Positions 42,963 to 51,042 of a DNA stretch of 63,937 bases are shown in pieces. Within the stretch, counting starts at the first letter, position 1, and every line of letters starts with the position of its first letter. This DNA is from Bacillota bacterium (lineage in GTDB: Bacteria; Bacillota; Sulfobacillia; UBA995; UBA9673). Location of the stretch: the NCBI GenBank assembly GCA_003599345.1, contig QZJP01000069.1:1-63937 (forward strand), in the 5' to 3' direction. Position numbers and translations under genes: made by a program. The notes beneath the pieces are model-generated. The model had not been told where the DNA came from. It made no database searches and saw only the letters and a program-made list of their open reading frames with translations.

Positions 42963-44385
42963 TGCCTTTCACCTCGCCGTTTGCCTTGGTCGTCCCGTGA
43001 AGACCCGCCGGCGGGTCCCGGGACAGGTCCGCTTCTTCCCGCCGTTCCCTGGTCTCACGCCTGACCGCCAGTTCTCCGTGGAGGACCCGGCCGACCACGT
43101 CCAGCACGGCCGTGCCGTCCCGCTGGGCGACCAGCTCGCGGAGGGTGACTGTCGGCAGGTCGAGGATGCGATTGGTCAGGCGGCGGCTGAAAGCCTCCAG
43201 TAGTTCACGGTCCCTTGGGGAGACCGGCCCGAGATCGCCGAGCGCCCGCTCGACCTCCTCGGTCCTTATCGTCTCCGCCCGCGCCCGGAAGTGACGTATC
43301 ACCGGAGCGGCCATCTTCCTGCGCCGAGCGGCCTCGAACCTCTCGACTTCCTCGGCCACCATGCGCTCGACCTTCACGGCCTCACGACGCCGCTCCTCGA
43401 TGTTCGCCTGAACCGCGCCCTCCAAGTCGTCGAGGTTGAAAAGATAGACGTCCTCTCTGGCGCCGAGCGCCGGGTCTATCTGTCGCGGCACTCCGAGGTC
43501 GATGAGGAGCAAGGGGTGGCGGCGGCGGGGGGCGGCCGCCTTGAGGTCGGCCGGCCCCAGGATGTAGTGGGGGGCTTCGGAGCAGGCGACGACGATGTCG
43601 GAACTCGCGAGGAGTTGCGGTAGGGCGGTGAGGTCCGCGGCGCGGCAGCGGACAGATGTCCCGACGTCCAGGGACGACAGGGCCTCCTCGGCTCTTTCGA
43701 GGGTGCGGTTCGCGGCCACGATGCCTCCGAGCCCGGCTTCCACCAGGTGTCTCAGGGCCACCCGCCCGATGTCGCCCGTCCCGATGAGGAGCGCGTTCCT
43801 GCCGGACAAGTCGGCGAAGACCTTTCGCGCGAGACCCAAAGCCACGTAGGGCACCGACACGGCGTTGGCGCTGATGTTTGTCTCGGTCCGGGCGCGCGCC
43901 CCGACGCGCAAGGCCCCTTGGAACAGGGCGTGCAGGGTGGGTCCGGCCGTCCCCGCGGCGCAGGCGGCCTCGTAGAGGTCCTTTACCTGACCGAGGATTT
44001 CGGTCTCGCCGAGAACCATCGAGTCGAGGCCGGAGGCCACCCGGTAGAGGTGGCTGACGGCCTCGGCGTCGCAGTAGGCGTAGACGTGCTGGAGGAGAGC
44101 CTCGGCGGCGGGCGGGGCCCCGCTGTCGTCAGTTCCGGCAAGCCGGGCGACAAGGGCGGCGGGCTCGCCCCGTGGCGGGCAGGAGCAATCCGGGAGCGAC
44201 TGGTCGGTCACGGCGTAGACCTCGGCGCGATTGCAGGTCGATAGAATCACGACCTCGCCGCCGCACGCCTCTTGCAAGTCCCGCAGGGTGGCCTTCAGGC
44301 GCCACCCGGGCACGGCCACTTTCTCCCGTACTTCGACGGGCGCCGTCCTGTGATTCAGGCCCGCGACCAGGAGGCGTGCAGTCAC
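42955..44385 (-). CDS. hemA: Glutamyl-tRNA reductase (GTG start at 44385 rather than the long ORF to 44712)
   Basis: From the GTG the protein reads (M)TARLLVAGLNHRTAPVEVREK, the canonical GluTR N-terminus. STCNRAEVY and IGTGDIG are present. The GTGA overlaps the upstream gene's stop. Confidence 0.9.
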   Translation of the reverse strand: MTARLLVAGLNHRTAPVEVREKVAVPGWRLKATLRDLQEACGGEVVILSTCNRAEVYAVTDQSLPDCSCPPRGEPAALVARLAGTDDSGAPPAAEALLQHVYAYCDAEAVSHLYRVASGLDSMVLGETEILGQVKDLYEAACAAGTAGPTLHALFQGALRVGARARTETNISANAVSVPYVALGLARKVFADLSGRNALLIGTGDIGRVALRHLVEAGLGGIVAANRTLERAEEALSSLDVGTSVRCRAADLTALPQLLASSDIVVACSEAPHYILGPADLKAAAPRRRHPLLLIDLGVPRQIDPALGAREDVYLFNLDDLEGAVQANIEERRREAVKVERMVAEEVERFEAARRRKMAAPVIRHFRARAETIRTEEVERALGDLGPVSPRDRELLEAFSRRLTNRILDLPTVTLRELVAQRDGTAVLDVVGRVLHGELAVRRETRERREEADLSRDPPAGLHGTTKANGEVKGNG

Positions 44386-45488
44386 CCGCGGGCCACCCCA
44401 TCCACGGGGGCCGCCACGCCGGGCGGCCTCCCGGTGCGAGGTTTCCAGAGGCACAGAGGCTCCTCGGCCAGGTAGTCGCCTGACATCGAGAAGGCCCGGG
44501 CGCGGCACCCCCGGCAGACCTCGCCGTACTCGCACCGGCCGCACTTGCCGCCGAGACGGCCCGGGTCGCGGAGGTCCCCGAGGACGGGGGAGGAGGCGTA
44601 GATGTCGCTGAAGCTGCGTTCTCTGACGTTGCCGGCCGACACCGGCAAGTAGCCGCAAGGGTTGACGTCCCCGACTCGGGACACGAAGCAGAACCCGTCG
44701 CCGGCCAGGCATCCGGTGGGCGGGCGGGGCGGGCCCGCCCGCCCGGGGAGGCTTGCCCGCGCGGGATGGCCGCCCTCAGTGCCCACCCGGCGCCGCCAGA
44801 CCCGCGCGTAGTGCGGCCCGCACGTGACCTTCACCTGGATAGGGGCCGAGACCGATTTCTCGGCGACCCAGGCCAGGATCCTCTCGTAGTCCGCCGCGGA
44901 AACGCCGGCCTCACTGGCGCCGCGGCCGGTGGGGACGAGCATGAACACGTCCCAGGTACTCGCTCCCAGCTCGACGGCCTTTTCCAACATGGCCGGCAGG
45001 TGCCGGGCGGTCCTCCCGGTGACCGTGGTGTTGATCTGGAACGGCAGACCCTGCCGCCGGGCTTCCGCGAGGCCCCGCGTGGCGTCCTCGAAGGCCCCGG
45101 GGACGGCTCTGAACTCGTCGTGGGTCTCGGGGCCGGGCCCGTCAAGACTAACGGACAGCCCGGCCACCCGGGCCTCCAGGAGCATCTTGACGGTGGTCCG
45201 GTCGAGCAGGGTCCCATTGGTCCCGACCACCGTGTGAAGCCCGCAGGCGGAGCTATACGCGGCAATTTCGAACACGTCCGGCCTGACCAGGGGTTCGCCT
45301 CCGCTGATGATGAAGATGAGAGGCCCGGGAGCGGTTCGCGGCATGGACGCGATGTCGCGAACCAGAGTCTTGACCTCCGCGGTGTCTAGTTCGCCCGGGT
45401 CAGGGTCTGTTTTGGCTTCGGCCCGGCAGTGCACGCAGGCGAGGTTACAGGCCGCGGTCGATTCCCAGGCGACAAGGCGCAAGGCCAC
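44382..45488 (-). CDS. ahbD: Radical SAM/SPASM enzyme of the AhbD/NirJ2 type (putative heme synthase)
   Basis: 368 aa with CNLACVHCR and ISGGEPL. The SPASM-like C-terminus reads GCLAGDGFCFVSRVGDVNPCGYL...GKCGRCEYGEVCRGCRARA. Confidence 0.78.
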   Translation of the reverse strand: MALRLVAWESTAACNLACVHCRAEAKTDPDPGELDTAEVKTLVRDIASMPRTAPGPLIFIISGGEPLVRPDVFEIAAYSSACGLHTVVGTNGTLLDRTTVKMLLEARVAGLSVSLDGPGPETHDEFRAVPGAFEDATRGLAEARRQGLPFQINTTVTGRTARHLPAMLEKAVELGASTWDVFMLVPTGRGASEAGVSAADYERILAWVAEKSVSAPIQVKVTCGPHYARVWRRRVGTEGGHPARASLPGRAGPPRPPTGCLAGDGFCFVSRVGDVNPCGYLPVSAGNVRERSFSDIYASSPVLGDLRDPGRLGGKCGRCEYGEVCRGCRARAFSMSGDYLAEEPLCLWKPRTGRPPGVAAPVDGVARG

Positions 45489-45503
45489 AGTATCCGCCTC
45501 CGG

Positions 45504-46805
45504 TCAGTTCGCCTCGGCGACGGCGGCGAAGGCCGCGCCGGCGCTCTCGATGGTTTCGTCGATATCCTCGTCGCGGTGGGCCAGCGAGACGAACATGGCC
45601 TCGAACGGCGACGGGGCGAGGTAGACACCACGTTCGAGCATGGTCCAGAAGAACACGCGATAGGCGTCCCGGTCGCAGTTCTTGGCATCTTCATAGCTCC
45701 GGACGGGCCGGAGGCTGAAGAAGGGCGTGAGCAGGGAGCCCACCCGGTTCACCCTGAACGGAACGCCGTTGGCCCGGGCCCGTTCGGCGAGCCCCTCCGC
45801 GAGCCGGCGGCTCCTGCGCTCCAGCGTGTCGTAGAGCCCCGGAGCCTTGAGGGCCCGCAAGGTGGCCAAGCCGGCGGCCATGGCCAGCGGGTTTCCGGAC
45901 AAGGTCCCGGCCTGGTAGACCGGACCGGCCGGGCTGACCATCTCCATGACGTCGCGTCTCCCGCCGTACGCGCCGACCGGCAGCCCGCCTCCGATGATCT
46001 TCCCCAGACAGGTGAGGTCCGGGGTCAAGCCGTAGAGTTCCTGGGCTCCACCGAGGGCGACGCGGAAACCCGTGATGACTTCGTCGAAGATGACCAGGGC
46101 GCCCGCTTGACGGCAGAGCTTCGCGACACTCTGCAGGAACCCTGGTTCGGGGGGCACCACGCCCATGTTGGCGGCGATGGGCTCGAGGATGACGGCGGCA
46201 ACCTCCGGGCCATGCGTCTCGAAGATGCTCTCCAGCGTGGCGGCGTCGTTGTAGGGGCAGACGAGGGTGGCCGACGTCGCGGTCTCCGGCACCCCGGGAC
46301 TACCCGGCAGCCCGAGCGTCGCCATACCTGAGCCGGCCTCGACCAGGAACGGGTCGGCGTGACCGTGGTAGCAGCCCGTGAACTTGATGATCTTCTGGCG
46401 CCCGGTGAACCCTCGCGCCAGCCGGACCGCGCTCATCGTCGCCTCGGTGCCGGAGTTCACCATGCGGACGAGTTCGATGCCGGGGACGAGTTCGACGACC
46501 AGGCGCGCGAGGTCCGTCTCGGCCCGCGTGGCCGCGCCGAAGGTCGTTCCGCGCTCCATGGCTTCCGAAAGGGCCGCCAGGACCTCCCGGGGGCGGTGCC
46601 CCAGGATGAGCGGACCCCAGGAGCAGACGTAGTCGATGTAGCGGCGGCCTTCGACGTCGAAGATGTACGGGCCGTCGCCTCTCTCAATGAACCTCGGGGT
46701 GCCTCCCACGGAGGAGAAAGAGCGGACGGGGCTGTTGACCCCGCCCGGGATGTAGCGCTTGGCCTCCTCGAATAGCTCGGTCGAAGGCCGTGTGGTCGTC
46801 GTCAT
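45504..46805 (-). CDS. hemL: Glutamate-1-semialdehyde 2,1-aminomutase
   Basis: 433 aa. Motifs seen: [34 protein letters not shown] and [16 protein letters not shown]. Confidence 0.94.
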   Translation of the reverse strand: MTTTTRPSTELFEEAKRYIPGGVNSPVRSFSSVGGTPRFIERGDGPYIFDVEGRRYIDYVCSWGPLILGHRPREVLAALSEAMERGTTFGAATRAETDLARLVVELVPGIELVRMVNSGTEATMSAVRLARGFTGRQKIIKFTGCYHGHADPFLVEAGSGMATLGLPGSPGVPETATSATLVCPYNDAATLESIFETHGPEVAAVILEPIAANMGVVPPEPGFLQSVAKLCRQAGALVIFDEVITGFRVALGGAQELYGLTPDLTCLGKIIGGGLPVGAYGGRRDVMEMVSPAGPVYQAGTLSGNPLAMAAGLATLRALKAPGLYDTLERRSRRLAEGLAERARANGVPFRVNRVGSLLTPFFSLRPVRSYEDAKNCDRDAYRVFFWTMLERGVYLAPSPFEAMFVSLAHRDEDIDETIESAGAAFAAVAEAN

Positions 46806-46941
46806 GCTGTAGTCCCCCGATAGTCAACCTTGTGTAGTCTTGCACAAACGGCGAAGACTTCGCATCGACCTTGGACAAGTCCTTCCGCAAGTGAGCGAAC
46901 ACTGGCTGAGACTTACCGCCATATACGTCAAACCATGTTCG

Positions 46942-49900
46942 CTAGAGGGCCACGGCCACACCGGGAGTCAGGAAGTAGACAACGGCCGACTTGACGGGTC
47001 TCGACCAGATGGTTTCCACCGCGCGGCGGTAGAGGTCGATTTGGTGACGGTAGGCCTCGGCCTGGGAGACGGCGTCATCGGCCGTCACCCGGTCGGTCTT
47101 GAGGTCGATGATGGTGAAGCCGTCCGGCTCGTCGAGAAGGATGTCTATGATGCCCTGGACCAGCACGGTCTCCCGGGAGGAGTGCTGGGTGATCTCGGGG
47201 TAGAGCTCGCCCGCGGGGAGGCCCAGGGTGAACGGCACCTCCCGCCTGACTTTGGACTTCGCGCCGGCGACGCGTCGCCCGAGGTCGGAGGCGAAGAAGC
47301 GGGCCACGGCCGCTGTGTCGGCCAGCCGGGCCTGTTCCGGGCTCATGATCTCGCGCTCGGCAAGGCTGCCGGCCAGGGCGGCGAGGGCGGCCTCGTCCAG
47401 GGGGTCGCTGAGGTCGGCGTGCTGGGCCAGGAGGTGGGTGGCCAAGCCCCGTTCGAGGGGACCCTGATAGAGGGGCTGGGTTTCGAGGAAGGCCGGCCGC
47501 AGCGTGGCCAGGCCGCCGGACAGCCCCACCGACGCCCCCAAAGGGCGGGGGCCGGCGCGGGCCCCGGTCCGCGGTGAGGGCCCGAGCGGCGCCGCGTCCT
47601 CGTCGGGCTCGGCGTCGCCCAGGCGCTTGAGCTCGGAGACCGACACCTTGGCCCGCATGGAAGTGAGCTCGGCGTGCGGGTAGCGCCAGTCCAGGGCCTC
47701 CGTGAGGCGGCCCGGAACCGCGCCGGGGACCGGCTCGAGCCGCGAAATGGCGTCCCACACGGAACTCTCGTCGGGAAGGCCGGGAATCCTCGCCGGCGGT
47801 GCCGAGCGTAGGCCCGGGTGCCCGTCGACCCCATAGACCTCGAACCGCCACAAGGACCGGCTGTCAAGGGGCCTGCCCATGTCGTCCGGGTAGCCGGCCG
47901 GGTCCCGGAGAGGACGGGCCTCGGGGAGCCAGGCCACCGCCGGCACAAGCCAGTCGAGGTAGGTTCTCGCTCTGGCCACGCGAGGGACGGAAAGCCGCCG
48001 GCGGCCCGAAGCTTCGCCTTTCTCGGGCTTCTCCGGGAGGCACCATCCCTGAAGGGCCTCGGCCAGCTTCCGCCTGGTACCCACGAGGACGAGGCAGTCA
48101 CGGGCTCTGGTCATGGCCACGTACAGGCACCGCATCTCCTCGGCGACCGCGTCCAGGGTGTTCTGACAGGCCACGGCGTGGCTGGCCAGGCTGGGGTACT
48201 TGAGCCGCCGGGCGGTGTCGACCACCATGGGTCCGAATCCCAGGTGGCGGTGGCAGATGAGGTCGCCCGTCGCGTCGTCGAAGTTGAACCGTTTGCCGAG
48301 GTGCGGCAGGAAGACGACCGGGAACTCCTGGCCCTTGCTCCGGTGGATGCTCATCACCCTTACGGCGTCCTCACCCTCGGTTATGGGCTGGGGAGGGCCG
48401 ACGTCCCCGCCGGTCTCGCGCAGGTGGTCGATAAAGCGGAGGAAGCGGGACAAACCTTGCCGCGCGAACTGGTCGAAGGCCTGGGCGCGCCCGTAGAGAC
48501 CGCGCAAATTGACCTGGCGCTGGGCGCCGCCGGGGAGACCACCCACGTAGGCATAAAGGCCCGTCTCCCTGTAGAGTCTCCAGAGAAGCTCCGAGAGCGG
48601 GCCCCGGCGAGCCTGGCCGCGCCATGCTTCGAGCTTGGCCAGGAAGTCCTCGAGGCGGCTCGCGAGCCCGGCCGGGACGGCGGCGAGCGCGCCCCGCGCA
48701 CCCGCGCCGGACCTGCCCTGCTGACCCGTGCCGGACCCGCCCTGCTGACCCGCGCCGGACCCGCCCTGCTCACCCGTGCCGGACCCGCCGGCCGCCGCGA
48801 CGACCGCGTCGTAGTAGTCCCCCCGCCGGTCGCAGAGCCGCACGAGGGCGAGGTCCGCCTCGGTGAGACCCACTACGGGAGAGCGGAGAACGGCCGCGAG
48901 CGGGATGTCCTGGCGAGGGTTGTCTATGAGCCGGAGGAGCGAGAGGACGGTCTCGACTTCCGTGGCGGAGAAGTAGCCCGTGCTCAGTTGAGCCGTGGCC
49001 GGAATTCCCGCTCGGGTGAGCGTGTCCACGACCAGGTTCGCGAGGCCCGTGGTGGCCCTCATCAGGATGGCGATGTCCCCGTACCTCGCCCGGCGGTAGG
49101 CCCCGGTCCTCGGGTCGTAGACTTCGAGCGGCTGGCGCCCTTCGACCATCTCCCGGATACGCCCGGCGATGAGGCCCGCCTCGCGCTCCACGACGTGGAG
49201 GTCCCCGGGGTCCCGGCCCTGTGCCTCGACCGGCGAGGGATCGTCTTCGTCGAGGTCGCCCGCTTCGGTGGAGGGGCCGCCCCTCACATCGGCTTCCATC
49301 AAGTGCAGTTCCACCGGCGGGCCCTTCTCGCCGGCAGGGCCGTAGAACGTGGCCCCTGGGCGGAGTTCGGCCTCCGAGTCGTAATCGAGTTCAGCGGCGT
49401 CGGGGCGCATGACCTGGCTGAATATGAGGTTCACCGCGTCCAGGATTATCCGGCGGCTCCGGAAGTTCTTCGACAGGGTCACCCGCCGCGGCCTCGGGCG
49501 CTCGGAAGGAGACGGAGGGGGGACGGCGCGAGTGCCCAAGGCCGGTGTCGCCGAACGGGGGGTTGCTCCCAGGGCCGGGTCGACATCGCCCGTAGTGATG
49601 CGGTCGCACTCGTAGTACTCCCTGAGGAACAACGCCGCATTGGCCAGCCGGAAACGGTAGATGCTCTGCTTCACGTCCCCGACCATGAAGCAGTTCGAGC
49701 CCCGTGAGACAAGCCTCAGGATCGCCTGCTGGACGTCGTTTATGTCCTGGTACTCATCGACCAGGACTTCGACGAACCGGCGCCGGAGTTCGAGGGCGGC
49801 GTCTGACGGGCAGAGCCTCCCGCTCCCGCGGGCGCTGTCATTATCCTCGGCGCCCGCGTCGCGGAGAACGGCCAGGCAGTAGTGCTCCAGATCGGAAAAG

Positions 49901-51042
49901 TCGAGGACGGCCCGCTGGTTCTTCTTCTTGCGGTAGGCCGCCGCGAAGCGGGAGACCAACGAGGCCACGGCGCGCATCGGCCCGGCGAGGGCCCGGAGCT
50001 CACCGGCGAGGTCCTCGGCCGGCCGTTCCCCGAACGTGGCGACGAGATGGCGAACGGCCGCCTTGGCCTCATTCCGGATCCTCCTGCACTCGTCGCGGAC
50101 GCCCTGGTCGCCCTGGTCCTTCCCGAGATGCGGGAGATCAGCGAACTGGTCGGCATCCCTGAGGGCCTCGACGATCTTGTTCCAGTCGCCGGTCTTCCCC
50201 CGCGCCAGTGCGTCCGCCTGCTCGCGGACGGCACGCGCGCCGGCGGAAACGCGAGCGACGTCGTCCGCCAGGACCGGGGCGTAGGCGGCCGGACCCAGGG
50301 GTAGGGTGGTGACGTGCTCGGCCTGCCGGAGCTTGTTCGCGGCCTCCTCGAGGGATAGGGCGATGTCTTCCATGGCCGGGAGGGCGAAGACGGTTTCCTC
50401 CAGTGGTTCCCCGGGCGGCATCTCGAAGCGTGAGGCCGCCTGGTCGAGCCAAGCGTCGGGGTCCACATGGCTGCGGCTGAAGCCGTAGAGGCGCAGGACC
50501 AACCGGCGGAGGTCCTCGTCGTCCCGTTCGGACGAGTATGCGTCCACAAGGGCCAAGAAGCCCGGGTCGGCTTGCCGATAGAGCTCCTCGAAGACCTCAT
50601 CGAGCACCTCGACCTCGAGTAGACGGGCCTCCTCTTCAGCGAGGACCTTCGCTCCCGGGTCGACCCCCACACGGTGGAAGTAGCGCTGGACGACCGAAAG
50701 ACAGAAGGAGTGCAGGGTCGAGATGGAGGCGCGCCCAAGCAGCGCCAGTTGGAGGTGGAGCCGGGCTACCGTGTCGGGCTGGGCCGGCTCCGGCCCGGCC
50801 TCCAGGCGGGCGAGCTCGCGGCGCAGGGCCGCGGCAAGGCGTTCCCGCAGCTCCGCGGCGGCGGCCTCGGTGAAGGTCACGACAAGGAGCTGGTCCACAT
50901 CGGCCAGGCCCTCCAAGACCGTGCGGATGACCCGCTCGACGAGGACAGCGGTCTTGCCGGCTCCCGCGGCCGCGGAGACGAGAAGGTCCGTACCCCTGGT
51001 GACTATGGCCAATTCCTGTTCCGCGGTCCAGGTCTCAGCCAC
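46942..51042 (-). CDS. addA: ATP-dependent helicase/nuclease AddA
   Basis: 1366 aa. WTAEQELAI...VSAAAGAGKTAVLVER is UvrD-type motif I. DEYQDIN, SIHRSKGQEFPVV and YVAMTRARD are present. The C-terminal nuclease motif is GIIDIL...IIDLKTD. Confidence 0.92.
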   Translation of the reverse strand: MAETWTAEQELAIVTRGTDLLVSAAAGAGKTAVLVERVIRTVLEGLADVDQLLVVTFTEAAAAELRERLAAALRRELARLEAGPEPAQPDTVARLHLQLALLGRASISTLHSFCLSVVQRYFHRVGVDPGAKVLAEEEARLLEVEVLDEVFEELYRQADPGFLALVDAYSSERDDEDLRRLVLRLYGFSRSHVDPDAWLDQAASRFEMPPGEPLEETVFALPAMEDIALSLEEAANKLRQAEHVTTLPLGPAAYAPVLADDVARVSAGARAVREQADALARGKTGDWNKIVEALRDADQFADLPHLGKDQGDQGVRDECRRIRNEAKAAVRHLVATFGERPAEDLAGELRALAGPMRAVASLVSRFAAAYRKKKNQRAVLDFSDLEHYCLAVLRDAGAEDNDSARGSGRLCPSDAALELRRRFVEVLVDEYQDINDVQQAILRLVSRGSNCFMVGDVKQSIYRFRLANAALFLREYYECDRITTGDVDPALGATPRSATPALGTRAVPPPSPSERPRPRRVTLSKNFRSRRIILDAVNLIFSQVMRPDAAELDYDSEAELRPGATFYGPAGEKGPPVELHLMEADVRGGPSTEAGDLDEDDPSPVEAQGRDPGDLHVVEREAGLIAGRIREMVEGRQPLEVYDPRTGAYRRARYGDIAILMRATTGLANLVVDTLTRAGIPATAQLSTGYFSATEVETVLSLLRLIDNPRQDIPLAAVLRSPVVGLTEADLALVRLCDRRGDYYDAVVAAAGGSGTGEQGGSGAGQQGGSGTGQQGRSGAGARGALAAVPAGLASRLEDFLAKLEAWRGQARRGPLSELLWRLYRETGLYAYVGGLPGGAQRQVNLRGLYGRAQAFDQFARQGLSRFLRFIDHLRETGGDVGPPQPITEGEDAVRVMSIHRSKGQEFPVVFLPHLGKRFNFDDATGDLICHRHLGFGPMVVDTARRLKYPSLASHAVACQNTLDAVAEEMRCLYVAMTRARDCLVLVGTRRKLAEALQGWCLPEKPEKGEASGRRRLSVPRVARARTYLDWLVPAVAWLPEARPLRDPAGYPDDMGRPLDSRSLWRFEVYGVDGHPGLRSAPPARIPGLPDESSVWDAISRLEPVPGAVPGRLTEALDWRYPHAELTSMRAKVSVSELKRLGDAEPDEDAAPLGPSPRTGARAGPRPLGASVGLSGGLATLRPAFLETQPLYQGPLERGLATHLLAQHADLSDPLDEAALAALAGSLAEREIMSPEQARLADTAAVARFFASDLGRRVAGAKSKVRREVPFTLGLPAGELYPEITQHSSRETVLVQGIIDILLDEPDGFTIIDLKTDRVTADDAVSQAEAYRHQIDLYRRAVETIWSRPVKSAVVYFLTPGVAVAL
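48701..48790. repeat. 24-bp tandem repeat (about 3.6 copies) inside addA
   Basis: The units are CCCG(C/T)GCCGGACC(T/C)GCCCTGCT(G/C)A at 48701, 48725, 48749 and 48773. They are in frame and encode GGSG(T/A)G(E/Q)QG repeats on the minus strand. Confidence 0.85.

Noticed and set aside
42955-44712. Three long N-terminal ORF extensions were considered: hemA to 44712, the activase from 18752, and the third M42 gene to 27423.
   Set aside because: The extensions are Arg/Pro-rich and overlap the upstream gene or the divergent neighbour. Canonical family N-termini begin at internal starts (GTG 44385, ATG 18938, TTG 27267). The ATG and TTG starts are preceded by SD-like sequences, and the GTG forms a 4-nt overlap with the upstream stop.
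35419-45488. I considered heme d1 (NirJ / NirDLGH) biosynthesis instead of the Ahb pathway.
   Set aside because: No nirS, nirF, nirN or nirE-specific context is present in the window. There are two distinct radical SAM enzymes plus one fused decarboxylase inside a hemA-hemL operon, which fits AhbC + AhbD. This cannot be fully excluded without HMM scoring and the rest of the genome.
48701-48790. I asked whether the tandem 24-bp repeats could be a CRISPR array.
   Set aside because: The repeats are directly adjacent with no spacers. They are in frame inside addA and translate to a Gly/Ser/Gln linker. No cas genes are present.
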